DNA of 63,975 bases, the filler included, from Fonticula-like sp. SCN 57-25 (taxonomy: Eukaryota): assembly GCA_001724245.1 (NCBI GenBank). It is 3 parts of 3 records of this genome, joined end to end, with 100 filler letters (N's around TTAATTAATTAA, not from the genome) between each part and the next. Parts side by side here need not be neighbours in the genome. Positions count along the whole stretch, not along the records: positions 23,433 to 46,458 come from MEDX01000071.1; 2 more parts are not named here. One strand, written 5' to 3'. The position numbers were made by a program, and so were the translations under genes. Each line of letters opens with the position of its first letter. Position 1 is the first letter of the stretch. Under the pieces are notes generated by a model. It was not told the DNA's origin and did no database searches. It saw nothing but the letters and a program-made list of their open reading frames with translations. This document shows positions 23,433 through 37,600 of this stretch, piece by piece.

Positions 23433-26400
23433 CGGGCCCCTTGTTTTTCTAACTTGCGTGCCTTGCTAGTTATTCTGCGTCGGATATGTGTGCTCGGTAC
23501 CACTTTATCGTTTTGGTCGAGGTTTTCCTTCGCCACGAGACCTACCCGTGCCACTTGCCGACGATGCTCAATCTGATTCTCTATAAGGCGGCGGACCCCA
23601 ACCTTGTTGTGCGCAAGTCGGCCGTGCAGCTTCTCCAGCTTATCGAGGAGCGCTTCACGCTCGCGTCCATGGTTGCGGACTATCGCATCTCGCTGACTTC
23701 TTCGCTTCCCACGACTTACAAGCAGTCGCAGACGATTCTCTCTGCGCAGCTGGCCATGGAGCATGCGGGCTTTACGTACGACCTGCTGGCCGAGGTGTCG
23801 CGCCGACTCGACTCGGTCCCGCGCGAGCGGCGCCGCGACATGCTCAACCTCATCCACCCGTGGCTGGCGCATGTGCACTTGTCGATCGAGAGCGGCGAGC
23901 ACCCGAACGAGGACCACCTCTCGCTCCCGAGCGCCATGGTCCTCAACAACCTCTTTGTTCTGACCATCAAGTGCGGCGACGAGTACAACAGCGTCGTGGA
24001 AACGCTCTGGATGCAGCTATGCGGCGACCGCGAAGCCAATGTCCCCGTCATCGTCAGCTACCTCTTGAGCGTCGGGTTGCACCACAAGAACCCCGACTTT
24101 GTGGCGCACGCCAAAAAGATCATCGTCTACATGGGGCGCTCCAAGGGGTGCGGCCCCGCCGTCGTGATGGAGCTCGTGTCCGAGATCCTCCCGGCGACCA
24201 TCCCGACGACCGCGCTGCTGCAGCTGTCCTCCAAGCAGGCCGCCGAGGGAAACCCGGGCGCCTTCTTCGCTGACCTGGACGACGTACTGCCGCAGGTGGA
24301 GGCCGACTTTATCGAGCGCCACGAGCTCGCCCTCGTGCTCCTGGTGGACCTTGCGCTTGAGGTGTCGGAGGAGCTGCGACCGCACCTCCCTGACCTACTC
24401 CACGCCATCGTGATGCAACTGGACGCGCCGAGCGACGTCATCTTTGAGCAGAGCCGCCTGCTGTTCATCAACATTATCCATTCGCTCGTGGCGCGGCATA
24501 CCGGCGGCGAGTCATCGCGTGCCACCACCCTCATTCTGCTTGCCTCGTCAAAGGAGGGCAGCCGGTGGTGGGCGCGGGAGCGTAGGGCGTCGAGCGAGGC
24601 GGTGCTCGCCAGCGAAGGCCAGCTCGCCGCGCTGGTGGCCAACACGGTCGACGTGTTTAGCGAGGATGCGGGCTTCCCCGACCTGTCCGAAAAATGGCTC
24701 GCGGTGGCGCTCCGTTGGATTGGAGCCTGCGACGTTGCCGCAAGCTGCCGCTCTGCTCAAGTGGACCGCGCGCTCAAGGTGCCTCTCTCCCAGCAGCTCC
24801 TCGGCGGGCTGCTCGACAGGCTATCGGAGGTCGTCAGCTCGCCCGACGAGAAGCGTACGCACTATCTTTATATTTTTCTTTGTTTGTTGCGTGTATCTAA
24901 CTGGGTGACTGATCAGTGCAAGCCGTGTCGAATGAATTGCTCATTTCGCTCGACAAGTACGCGTCGACGCTGAGCGACAGCAAGGTGATCCTCTTCCCGC
25001 AGCTGCTCTGGTCCATGGTGGCCCTCCTGACGTCCAACGTGGAGACGGAGTTTATCCGCGCGGCGCGCATGCTGCACAAGCTGCTGACGCGAATCAACTT
25101 TGAGGACGAGAATGTGGGCCACGTTCTGCTGTCAAAGGTGCGCCCAATTCCATTTCCATTGCATATTGGTTGTTAACATGGCATGATGCAGCTGCCGCCC
25201 GAGTGGACCCCGTCCTTCCTCGGCATCCAGCCGCTGCTCCTCAAGGGCGCTGTGAGCCCCAACACATCGACCATCACGATGGAGCTCCTCAGCGTGCTCT
25301 CGACAATCAAGTGCGCAATCGCCCCTTACCGGCCGCCTGTGCTAACGCCTGCGGCGTCGTACAGCTGCCACAATCTTGTGGACCCGTCCGAGTCGCGTCT
25401 TCTCTTTGCCGTGCTCGCAGCGCTGCCCTACCTGATGGTGTACAAGAACGAGACGGACCTTAACCACCTTTCGTTCCACCTCTCGGCAAACCTCGCCAAG
25501 CTGGCAGAGCTCAACCACCAGCCAAAGATGGCAAAGTGGCTCACCGGTACAGTTTTCGCGTTGCGGCTGGCACGGCTGACTAACGTACGTGCACGCGAAT
25601 AGGTTACAAGAAGAAGAAGACGTACGACGAGGAGATGATGAAGCATCTGATGTCGTACATCAAGGAGGCATTCTTCCCCAAGTACGAGGTGCCGGCGCTG
25701 CACTTTTTGCTGGACCTGGCGGAGCATGGCCCCCCGACGCACCGCCGCCATGTGCTCGTCATCCTCAAGAACATCATGGCCAACATCTCGCAGATGGTGC
25801 GCGCGCTTTTTGTACTTGCCTCCTCTGACATTTCTCGCGTATCAGGCTCTCCTGCCCGCGGGCGTCGAGACATCAGAGGTCGTCGGGCCGCTCTTCCGCC
25901 TCGTGCAGACCGAGTGGTTCCAGGACGCCGTCACGATTCTCGACCAGACGGTGAACATTGGCGCCGCCAAGTTGAAAGAGTGCGTTCTTGATGGTTCTTT
26001 TCTCCTATGGCGCGATCTGACACGCTTGCTCTGCAGTATTGAGCTTTTGCCGCTGACGGACGTGGCCGCCGGTGCGGGCATGTGGAATGACACCAAGCCG
26101 TGGTGGCGGGAACCCGAGGCGATGACGATGCTCTCGCACCGCCGCATGCTCCTGGTGGCCGACTCATGCTCTGGCGCGCGCCACCCCGGGCGCCACTTTC
26201 ACGCCAACTCCTTCTCGGACGACAACAGCAGCCCGTTCGCGTCGCCCGCCGGCAGCCTCGCGCGCCTGCGCGGCAGTATGGACTTTGACTCCCGCCGGTC
26301 CACTGAGCCGTCCGGCCCGCCACCGCTCCTGCTGCCTCTCCGCGGCGCCCTCGACCTCATCCACGAGCCGCTCACGCTCCTGGTCGTCTCGTACCAGTGC

Positions 26401-27757
26401 TCGGTACGCGCGCGCAGCCGCAATGGCCAGCAGCAGGGACTAACCCGTTGTGCTTGGTGCAGATATCGACGGTGGATCTGAATCAGATGGGGATGGCGGG
26501 CATGGAGCGCCTCCTGCGCTCGTCGATCAACTGCGACGTGCTTCGCGGCGACGTCGGCGTGATCATGCTCGAGGACCGCACCAAGCTCGTTCTAAAGGCG
26601 AGCGCGACGACGCGGCGCAGCAAGGACACGTCGTCCGTCCTGGTGACGCACCTCGTGAGCTGCTTTGGCCTCTCGGCGGACAGCATTGCGAGCCTGCAGG
26701 CGTTCGTCACGCAGTCGCAGCAGCCGGCCTCCCAGCTGCTCTCCAAAGAGTTCCCGTATTCCGTCGACGCGTCGTTTGCGCCCATCGGCGGCATTGGTAC
26801 GACCCGGGTGGCGGCGATCCTGCGTTTCTGACTCGCTTTTTTCTCTTTTGCAGAGACGCCCGACCGCTTCTTTGAGGCGACCGACGCGGGCCGATTCAGC
26901 GCGAGCGACATTCGCACACTGCTCGCGACAACCTTCCTCAGCGACTGGCGCCTCGCGCTGAACAACTGGATGTACTATTCCGAGGTTCGTCTCTTAGCTC
27001 TCTTTTATTTAGTGTCACTGACTTGCTGCTGATAGACGCTGAGTAAAAAGGACGTGCTTGAGGGCGGCGACCTTGCGCTCATGTTCACGACGGCGCGCTC
27101 GATGGCCAGTGAGCTGTGTTGGGAGCTGCTGATGAACCTGCAGAGCGTGCTCGCGTCCATCTCGCAGGACTATCTCGCGCTGATGCGCGGCACCGTGTCG
27201 TCGACGATTGATGTCGTCACGCGCGTGCGCGAGCAGCTGGGCCCCTCGCAGTGGTACCTGCAAAAGGACGACTTTAATGTCATCCGGACCCGCTGGGACC
27301 GCCTCGTCGCGGAGAAGAGCGACAAGGTGGCCACCTTTGTGCAGCAGTGGGGCAGGTTTGACAAGCTTATCACCGACCAGCTCATCACCTACCTGCACTT
27401 TCGCATGCGACGCTTATGTACGGCTTCGCCTTTCTTGGGCGACCTTGCAGCTAACCGCAGCGCGATACAGGCATGGTGCACTACACCGAGCAGACATACC
27501 GGACCGCAAGCATCATGGTCAGCAACCAGGCCGCGCAGCTGCTTCGCCTCATCCAATACGTCGTTTCCTTCCATTACCTCGCGGACACGCTGCTCGAGGG
27601 CGAGGTGCGCAATGCGATGGGTGTCTCTGCTCTGTTGACTGACCATTATTTGCCGCAGTCTGCAAAGCTGGAGCACATGTTTGGCGCCGCCGAGAGCGGC
27701 ATCGTGGAACTCAATGCATTTGCATACTACGCTTCGGTGGCGAGCGACGGCTTTTAG
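23433..27757 (+). CDS. TAO3: Tao3/Mor2/Furry cell-morphogenesis scaffold (RAM/MOR network), C-terminal part; 5' end missing
   Basis: LNLILYKAADPNLVVRKSAVQLLQ, YKQSQTILSAQLA.EH, HPWLAHVHL, VLNNLFVLTIK.GD, HLPDLLHA, W..VALRW...C..A.CRS.Q, FPQLLWSMVALL, F.GIQPLLLKG. Multi-exon, ending TAG 27755-27757. Confidence 0.85.
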
Positions 27758-27989
27758 CAGCCGGCAGCATCACTACCCTCTTTATGAGTGACTTTTGTTC
27801 ATACACGTGTATTATTCCCTTCTCATGGTCGTTTGGGTGCTTTCCGTTGATTTCTCGTCACATGTAAATTATTAACAATGGATTTGGTATGTATATTGAA
27901 AAGCGATAAAAGTGGGAAAATTAGTCATGTACACATTCTTGTTTTGCTCTTTTTTCGACTCGCCGAGGGCGCGCGCGCACATCTCTCGC

Positions 27990-28494
27990 TTACTTGCTGA
28001 GCTTGCCGAGGAGCTCGTTCTCGCGGAAGATCAGGTACTCGACGTTGTCAAACTTGATCGGGGTGGCGCCGTACTCGGGGAGCACGACGGTGTCGCCGAC
28101 GGCAACGTTCATGGGGATGAGCTCACCGGCCTACGTCGAGGCGCGTCAGTCATCCGTCATCTCTCAGCGAGCGCTGCGTACGTTGGTGCGGGCACCGGGG
28201 CCGATGGCGACGACCTCACCCTCGAGCGTCTTGCCGGCGTTCTTCTCCGGGATCAGGACACCACCAGCCGTCTTCTACTCGACGCGGCTGCGTTAGCATC
28301 TCGCGCTACCTCGAGTAATATTCTGCCCATGCGCACCTTGGCGGCCTCGAAACGCTTGATGAGGACGCGGTCCAGGAACGGGCGGAAACGGGCAACCTAA
28401 AAATCACCCCATCAGCCTTCTGTTCCAACCCAATTCGCAAACCCCTCCCTCTCCCTTCCCGCCTGCAAAGCGCAGCGGCACGCACCGCCGACAT
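27990..28494 (-). CDS. HSP10: Mitochondrial co-chaperonin Hsp10 (Cpn10)
   Basis: Joined exons [18 protein letters not shown]...[11 protein letters not shown]...GEVVAIGPG...[38 protein letters not shown]. Confidence 0.95.
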
Positions 28495-28666
28495 TGTCTC
28501 GTCTTTCTTTGTGGCTGACGCTAGTGGAAACGTGGAGTGAGCTGCTGCCTATTCACCACGAGGATCACGTGGTCCAGATTTTTTTCTTTTTTCTTCCTCG
28601 AGCTTCCATCACATTTTCCCTTTCACTTACACGTGCGCGTGTGTGATCGACCCACCCTTGCCTTGA

Positions 28667-30510
<1,844 letters not shown>

Positions 30511-30930
30511 GTGTGCCCGCGCCTGTCCCGTCGCTTTATTCGATTTCATCCGGCCTGCCTTGCTTGTCTCACCTTTCTTTTCGTTGTGCTCGGCGGCCAT
30601 AAAATGTACAAAGACAACCAATAATAAATATGTAGGAGATTTTGACTTTGGGATACGCGCGTATTGAGCAAAGAGGCGATTCTTCTCGAAAGATACAGAC
30701 ACTATCATGGTATCAATACTGTAGGTTCATATGTGGGCGATCGCCACTTGCAAAGTATTGGACGGCTTGTGCGCAGCACAAAGGAGCGCGCAAATAGGGG
30801 CAAAGTAATTTTTGATTTCAATGTATTTCACACACCATGCCAGGGAGACACAGCCATAATGACAACCCGCTCTTCGAAATAGAAAAACGGAGCCGCCAAC
30901 CACGCCAAGATGAGAGAAAAACACATGCGC

Positions 30931-31772
30931 TTACTTCTTCTTCGACACACCGACGGTGCGGCCACGGCGGCCGGTCGTCTTTGTGTGCTGACCGCGCACG
31001 CGGAGGCCCCAGTAGTGACGGAGACCACGGTGAGCGCGGATCTTCTTAAGGCGCTCGAGATCCTCACGGAGCTTCGAGTCGAGGCCGTTAGCGAGGAGCT
31101 GCGAGTTCTTGCCATCAACAATGTCCTGAAAAAAAGCAAATCAGTCAGCAAATGCGTTCCAAAATCACATCTCTGATCAGAGCAAAGGCGAGAATAAAAC
31201 GTAGCCGTACCTTCTGACGGTTAAGGAACCACGTAGGGACCTTGTACTGGGTGGGGTTCTGGATGATCTGGACGAGGCGATCGAGCTCCTCAGCGGAGAG
31301 CTCACCAGCGCGCTTGGTCAGGTCAATGTCGGCCTTGCGGCAGACAAGGTTGGCGTAGCGGCGGCCGCAGCCCTTGACGGCAGTCAGGGCAAAGGCAACC
31401 TTACGGCGACCATCAACGTTGGTGTTGAGCATACGCAGGATATGCTGGAACCCGCTGGCCTTCTCGTTAACGACGGCCGACTATGAACCATCACGAATTA
31501 GCACCCGCATCCAAAACCAAAACAGCCATAGCTCCCAGTGACCCAAACCCTCCAACGATGCGCCATTTGCCGCCACAGAGCAGCGGATGCGCGGATGCCG
31601 CCGCCAGAGGTATCCGCCTCGATTGGATGCACTCATCCTCGGGCACTCCCTCCAGCCCACAGGCGGCAGCATCATCCGCACATCCGCCGCTCCTCCTGGC
31701 CGTCATCTCCTCGCGGCATCGGTCCCCTCACTCCCTTCCACCACGCCCAGCAAGAGAGCGCTAACGCACCAT
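30931..31772 (-). CDS. RPS18: 40S ribosomal protein uS13 (S18); first exon is the ATG only
   Basis: ATG|GTGCGT at 31772, intron to 31481, then [32 protein letters not shown]...[10 protein letters not shown]...[33 protein letters not shown]. Confidence 0.96.
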
Positions 31773-31860
31773 CCTTCCAAGAGACGCCTCTGCGACGGAT
31801 GTGTGGGATGGGTGAAAGAGGCCGACAGCGATGCACTCGACTCGCACGACGAATCAAATT

Positions 31861-31898
31861 TTGATGACCATCAAATCGAATCTGTTGATGACCATCAG
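31861..31898. promoter_or_regulatory. Two copies of an interrupted palindrome TTGATG-AC-CATCA(A/G) in the RPS18/eIF3d bidirectional spacer
   Basis: TTGATGACCATCAA at 31861-31874 and TTGATGACCATCAG at 31885-31898. Confidence 0.5.
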
Positions 31899-31962
31899 TA
31901 CATGTGGCAAATTGGGCGACGTCCTTCCTTTTGCCTTCCTATTGCCAGCTGCTGCCTCTAGG

Positions 31963-33883
31963 ATGGCTCTCGCGTTTCCGCCTCTTTTGGTGGACGACAA
32001 CACCGAGGGCTGGGGCCCCGTCGGACTCCCCTCGGAGCTCCAGGATATCCCCTATGCGCCTTTTAACAAGTCGGACCGCATCGGGCGCGCGGCCGACTGG
32101 AACCCGCCGATGGCCATGCGCCGCACTGATTTCCGTGCGCATTCGGGGGAAAAATCGCGCTGAAAGAGCGATTGTGGCTAACCTTACGTGGCGCAGGCGA
32201 CCGCATGTACAACACGGGCGTGGCCAACCAGTCTTTTTCGTTTGCGCAGGAGGAGGACGAGTCGGCGTTCCGTCTTGTCGACAACAAGCCGGCGCGCGTT
32301 CCTGGGTTCAACCGCAATGCCCAGCAGAGCCGCGGCCGCGGTGGCAACCGCGGTGGCTTCCAGGGCCGCGGCGGAAACACCGGCGGCGCCGGTGCCCGCT
32401 CTCAATACAACCAGCGTGGAGGAAAGGGCCAGGTGCGCATTTTTCTGGTCTTTCAGTCTCGCATTCCTAACCTGGAGTCGGTAATTAGCAAAATTCGCGC
32501 CAGCCCGCTCGTGGCCGCGGCCGCTATCAGTCGTGGCGTGATTTCGACAAGCCGCAGCGCGTCCGCGAGGCGTCTGTTGACATTCGCCCCGAGTTTACTC
32601 ACATCGAGGACATTGACTTTTCTCGCCTCTCTGCGCTCGAATACGATGCCGGTGATGCCACCGACCTGTGCGTTTTCGCCACAAGCTTGTGACTAGAACT
32701 TACGTTTACTTTTTTCAGCAAACTTTGCGGTGTGCTGGAGTACTACGACAAGTCGTATGACCGCGTCACCACGAAGCTGCCCAAGACGCTGAACCCGAAT
32801 GCCCGCCCCGTGCCCATCACGACGACGAGTGAGGATCCCGAGATCCGCCGCGTACGGCTACTCCCCAACGCTGTCACTGTCACTGCGAGACTAACTTTCC
32901 TTCTTTTTGTTGCGTGCAGCTCATGGAGGAGAAGGCCGCCAGCGTGTTTGTTACTGACCGCCTTCTTGCGGTTTTGATGACGTGCTCGCGCTCTATTCTC
33001 CCGTGGGACATTGTTGTGACCCGCAAGGGCGACCAGCTGATCCTTGACAAGCGCGCCAACTCGCAGATTGACTACCTGACCGTGAACGAGACGATGGCCG
33101 GTGATCAGAGCGAGGAGAAGGATACCATCAACATGCCCGAGCACCTGTCGGTGGAGGCCACGATGATCAACAGCAGCTTTGCGCAGCAGGTGCTCCGCAC
33201 CGAGGAGCGCCTCCCGCTTCCCCACCCGAACCCGTTCGGCGACGGCGAGGACGTGGCGTCCATCGGCTACCGGTACCGCCAGTGGTCGCTCGGCGACTAT
33301 GACATTGTTGTCCGCTGCGAGATCGACGGTGTCGTCAAGCAGGGCGACAAGGACGTCTTCCTCACCATCAAGGCGCTTAACGAGATTGACCCGCGCATCT
33401 CGGGCATCGACTGGAAGCAGAAGCTCGACGTGCAGCGCGGCGCCGTCTTCGCGACCGAGCTCAAGAACAATCACAGCAAGCTCTCGAGGTGGGCCGCCGA
33501 GGCCGTCCTTGCCGGAACCGAGCAGATCAAGCTTGGGTACGACACCAAACGAGCATTGTCATGCTCTCGCCCTCGGACACCTTGACTAACCCCGCGTGCC
33601 CCGCAGTTTCGTCTCGCGCGCCTCGTCCCGCAACAACACAAGGCACGTCATCCTCGGCACCGCGTTCCACAAGCCCGCCGAGTTCGCCGTGCACTCAATC
33701 AACCTCAACATGGGCAACGCCTGGGGTATCGTCAAGGTCCTCTGCGACCGCCTCCTCAAGCTCGACGAAGGCAAGTACCTCATCGCCAAGGACCCCAACC
33801 GGGCATCCATGCGCATCTACCGCGTGCCAGAAAACGCCTTCACCGACCGCGCCGATGAGCAGGTGGTCGAGGAGGAAAAGTGA
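31963..33883 (+). CDS. EIF3D: Translation initiation factor eIF3 subunit D
   Basis: DNTEGWGP...[95 protein letters not shown]. Confidence 0.96.
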
Positions 33884-34383
33884 AAAGACGAACAACAACA
33901 AAAGTCATTCGAAAGAAAAGAATAGCCAAGGAAAATCATTTGATATATCATCTTTTTTTTTGTCGTTGTTCTTTTGTGCGTTGTGGGTACGCATGCATGT
34001 ACAGACTGTCTCTTATCCGTTGGCCTGAAATTCAAAAATACAGTCAACTATAGCTCTACTACTTCAGACTCGCTACGGCCCATATCGGAAACATAATTGT
34101 AATAAGTATATTTACGTTTCAAAACAGTACGGAGAATATGAGTGGTAAAAACTAGTATGAACGGGAAGGTTGGAGCCCAGTTGAGCTGCGACCCCCCGTG
34201 CGCCCCTGCGCATGCTTGTATCAAACACAACACATCACAAACAAGGAACTGGCGAGATTCGTCTATGAAGTAGCAATCGCTCCTCGATTGAATGACACCC
34301 AACAAACAAAAACAACAATAAACCATATAGTGAATGATTAGGCGCGAAGCACACGCCGCTGCGTCACATCGCGTCACCGATAA

Positions 34384-34609
34384 TTAAATGCTAAAGTGGT
34401 GCGATTTTGAGGACGACGTCGATGGTGCCGGGGATGCTGGCCGTGCCGGCGCATCATCAGCCTCGCCTGCACCCGAGGGGGCCGGCGCCTCCTTGTCGTC
34501 TGCGCCGGATGGGGCCGGCAGCGTCGGGAAAACAGGAATGGGCTCGTCGGGGGCCGACAAGCTCTGGCCGGCCGCAGGAGACGCGCTGCCGATGGCCGCT
34601 GGCGACGTT

Positions 34610-34648
<39 letters not shown>

Positions 34649-37600
34649 TCGTCCGGCGAGCCGGTCTTGTCAGGAGGCGACATTTCGCGCGACCTCGTTC
34701 CCTTGAGGACGGCGCGCGCGCGCTCGCCGAGCTGCTTGATGGGCTTGATGACGAGCTTTTGCGACGGCGACTCGAACGACGACGTTGACTCGCTGGCCTT
34801 TGGTGCCTTTGGCGTGCGCGTCTTTTGCGTACCGTAGAGCCGAATGAGCACGGACTGGCGGACGCCGGCGTGCGCGTCGGGGGTAGAGAAGGCAAAGGTC
34901 GAGATTGGGGGGTTCTTTCTCCCCCGCATCCACCGCGACGGGGACTTTTCGCCCACGGCCTTCTCGCTGCCCGACTCCATGTCGCGCAGCGGGATGCCGC
35001 CAGTGTCCAGCGAGACGACCGTGTCCGTCACGGGCGCGTCGGTGGTCGCCTCGGCCGACCGGTTCTTGCGCGGGAGGATGAGCGAGCTGAACCCCGAGAG
35101 AACCGCGCCGACAGACTAGAAAAGGGGGCAGACAGGCCACGTGTGAGCAAGCAAGGTGAAAGAGACACGTTCGGACGCACCGGTGACACGGCCTTTTCTT
35201 CGACATAATCGATCTCGTTTAGAATCTGATAATCGGGAGGGCTCAACATGACGCGAATGCTGCGTTCGAGATGCGTAAGTAGGCGAAGCAAGGGAGCGGC
35301 ATGGGAAGCGCACAATCGCCACGACGTCAGCGAGATGAAGATGGTGATCGTGACGAGCAGAATAATGAACCACGTGGCCGGATTGTACGCCACCTCATAG
35401 AACGTGTCGTAGTACGCGTACAGGTCGAGGTCCTCCGTGTCGTATGTGGACGAAAAGTACCACTGGCAGAATATGAACGCGGCGAGCGAGAGGAGCATCG
35501 CGGGCGTCTCATACATTGTCAGGCGCCTACAGAGAGTATGAGCAGATGTACGTCATCAAACGAGCTGGCGCACGAGATGCCGGTCCAAAGCGTCACCGTG
35601 ATAGACACCATGATGCACGAGTACATGATCGACCCAGTGGACCACACCGACAAGTTGTTGGGCTCCAGGGCGGCCAGCACAAACCCAAAGATGATCGCAG
35701 AGTGCGCCGCAGCAATCAACGCCCGACTCCAGAAAAGTCCGGTATTAAACTAAAGTACCGCGGTTCACAGTCAGCGCACATACACCAAAGAACAGCCACG
35801 CGTACCAGTTGGTCCTTGTTGTACGCCTCGGGCACCTGAAACAGCTTTCGTAGCGAAATGTGCCGGTCGAGCACAGCCGGCAACATGACAGGCAAGCCGG
35901 TAAAGGCTGTGAAGTACAGCACGTGCAGGAAGGGCTGGTACATGACCTACGGAATCTTTGGTTAGCGACAGCGGGCGACGAGTGGGCCAGAAAGCGCACC
36001 AAAATGGAGAAGCTGTTGACAAACTGAAAGTACATGAGCATCATGTTGAAGAGAATCTGGATGTAGAACTGATAGAGGATCAGCGTCGATTGGCGGTGCA
36101 TGGACCAGCTGCCGTGGACGAGAACAAGCTTGAGCAGGTATCTAAACTGGCCAATGGAAAAGTCCGACGCGCGCACGGCCTGACTTCCCTCTTCACCGTG
36201 CAGACCGACGCCAATGTTGGCCGCCTGCAGCATGCCGACGTCGTTTGCGCCGTCGCCAATTGCGAGCGTTACCGCCTTGGTGCGTTCCTTGACGAGAGCG
36301 ACCACGGTGGCCTTTTGGAGCGGCGACACGCGGCAGCAAATGACGGTCCGGAAGTAGAGGGCGTACGCCACAAAGCCGTCCTTGATGTGGTCCTGCAAGG
36401 CAAAGAAGAGGGTGGCGCCGTCAATGACAAGCGCCATGTCCTTTGGCAGCCTGTTGTTGGCAGCCTGCGTCTTCAACTCCTGCAGCTGACTGGCCAGGTA
36501 ATCAATGAGCCAGTCTTCATCGCCGTTGCAAATGCGCATGTCGGTTCGGTCGTCCATCATCCGCGAGGAGAGACCGATGTTGATGGCCGTTTCCTGCTTG
36601 TCACCAGTGAGCACCCACAGCTTGATGCCCGCGCGAAGCAGCATCGCGATCGTCTCGGGGACGCCATCCTGCAGCTTGTCCTCAATCGCTGTCGCACCGA
36701 GCAACTCCATGTCAACCTCAATCTGCTCCGCGGCCTCATCCAACTGAAAACAAGGGTGCGTCAGCGCGCCGACCAGAGACGGAAACAAGGCAGAGCACAA
36801 CGTACCCTCGCAGCGCGGTCATAAAGGGACTCGCTCGCATCAGTGTAGATCTTTTGCCACGCGGTGTGTTCGCTCTCGCTAAGCTCGCGCTTAGCAAGAC
36901 ATAGGGTGCGAAGACCGAGGCGAGAGTACGCCTATCACGGAGAGAACACATATAAGCATCTCGAGCATGATGACATGCGGGCACCGTACCATAAGGCACT
37001 TGCTGGTCTTTCGGACCATCTCTTCATCGTCGCAGGCCAGCCGCTCGAAAATAACATTGTCCGCGCCCTTGCAGTAAAGGACGATGCGGCCGTCTGGTCT
37101 GCGCACGATGATGGACATGCGCTTGCGCGTGCTGTTAAAGTCGTTCACCTGGAGTACCTCAAAGGTCTGCGGCTCCCCGAGCACGTTCACTGTCACCGTA
37201 TCCGGATTGCGAGACTAGGGGCGAGTTAAGCAAAGTACCCGACACAACGACGGGGAGGGCGTACGGAAAACACATAGCCGACCTGCTGCGCCATCAAGAG
37301 GAGTGCAAGCTCGTCGGGAGACGACGCGCGGTACTTGATATTTCCAGCATCTACGGGTCATGCGACGTTTTAGGCGCCGATTAATGCGCGCAAAGTATAT
37401 TGCGTACCATCCTGCTCGGGGATCACCGTCTGGCATACGGCCAGATTAAGGCAAAACTCTTGGAGAAGCGCCTGCTGCCGTGCGTCCGCGGCACCCTTCA
37501 GGTCCTTGATAAACTCCTCGCTCTCAAACACGGGATGCTACAGGTTCACTCGTCAGCTGCCAAAAAATCAGGAGAGGCGCAGAAACGAACCTGCTTGAAC

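Noticed and set aside
22349-27757. Apparent flotillin-Furry fusion or adjacency (likewise Spa2 next to Msh6)
   Set aside because: The partial genes lie on different contigs joined by artificial linkers.
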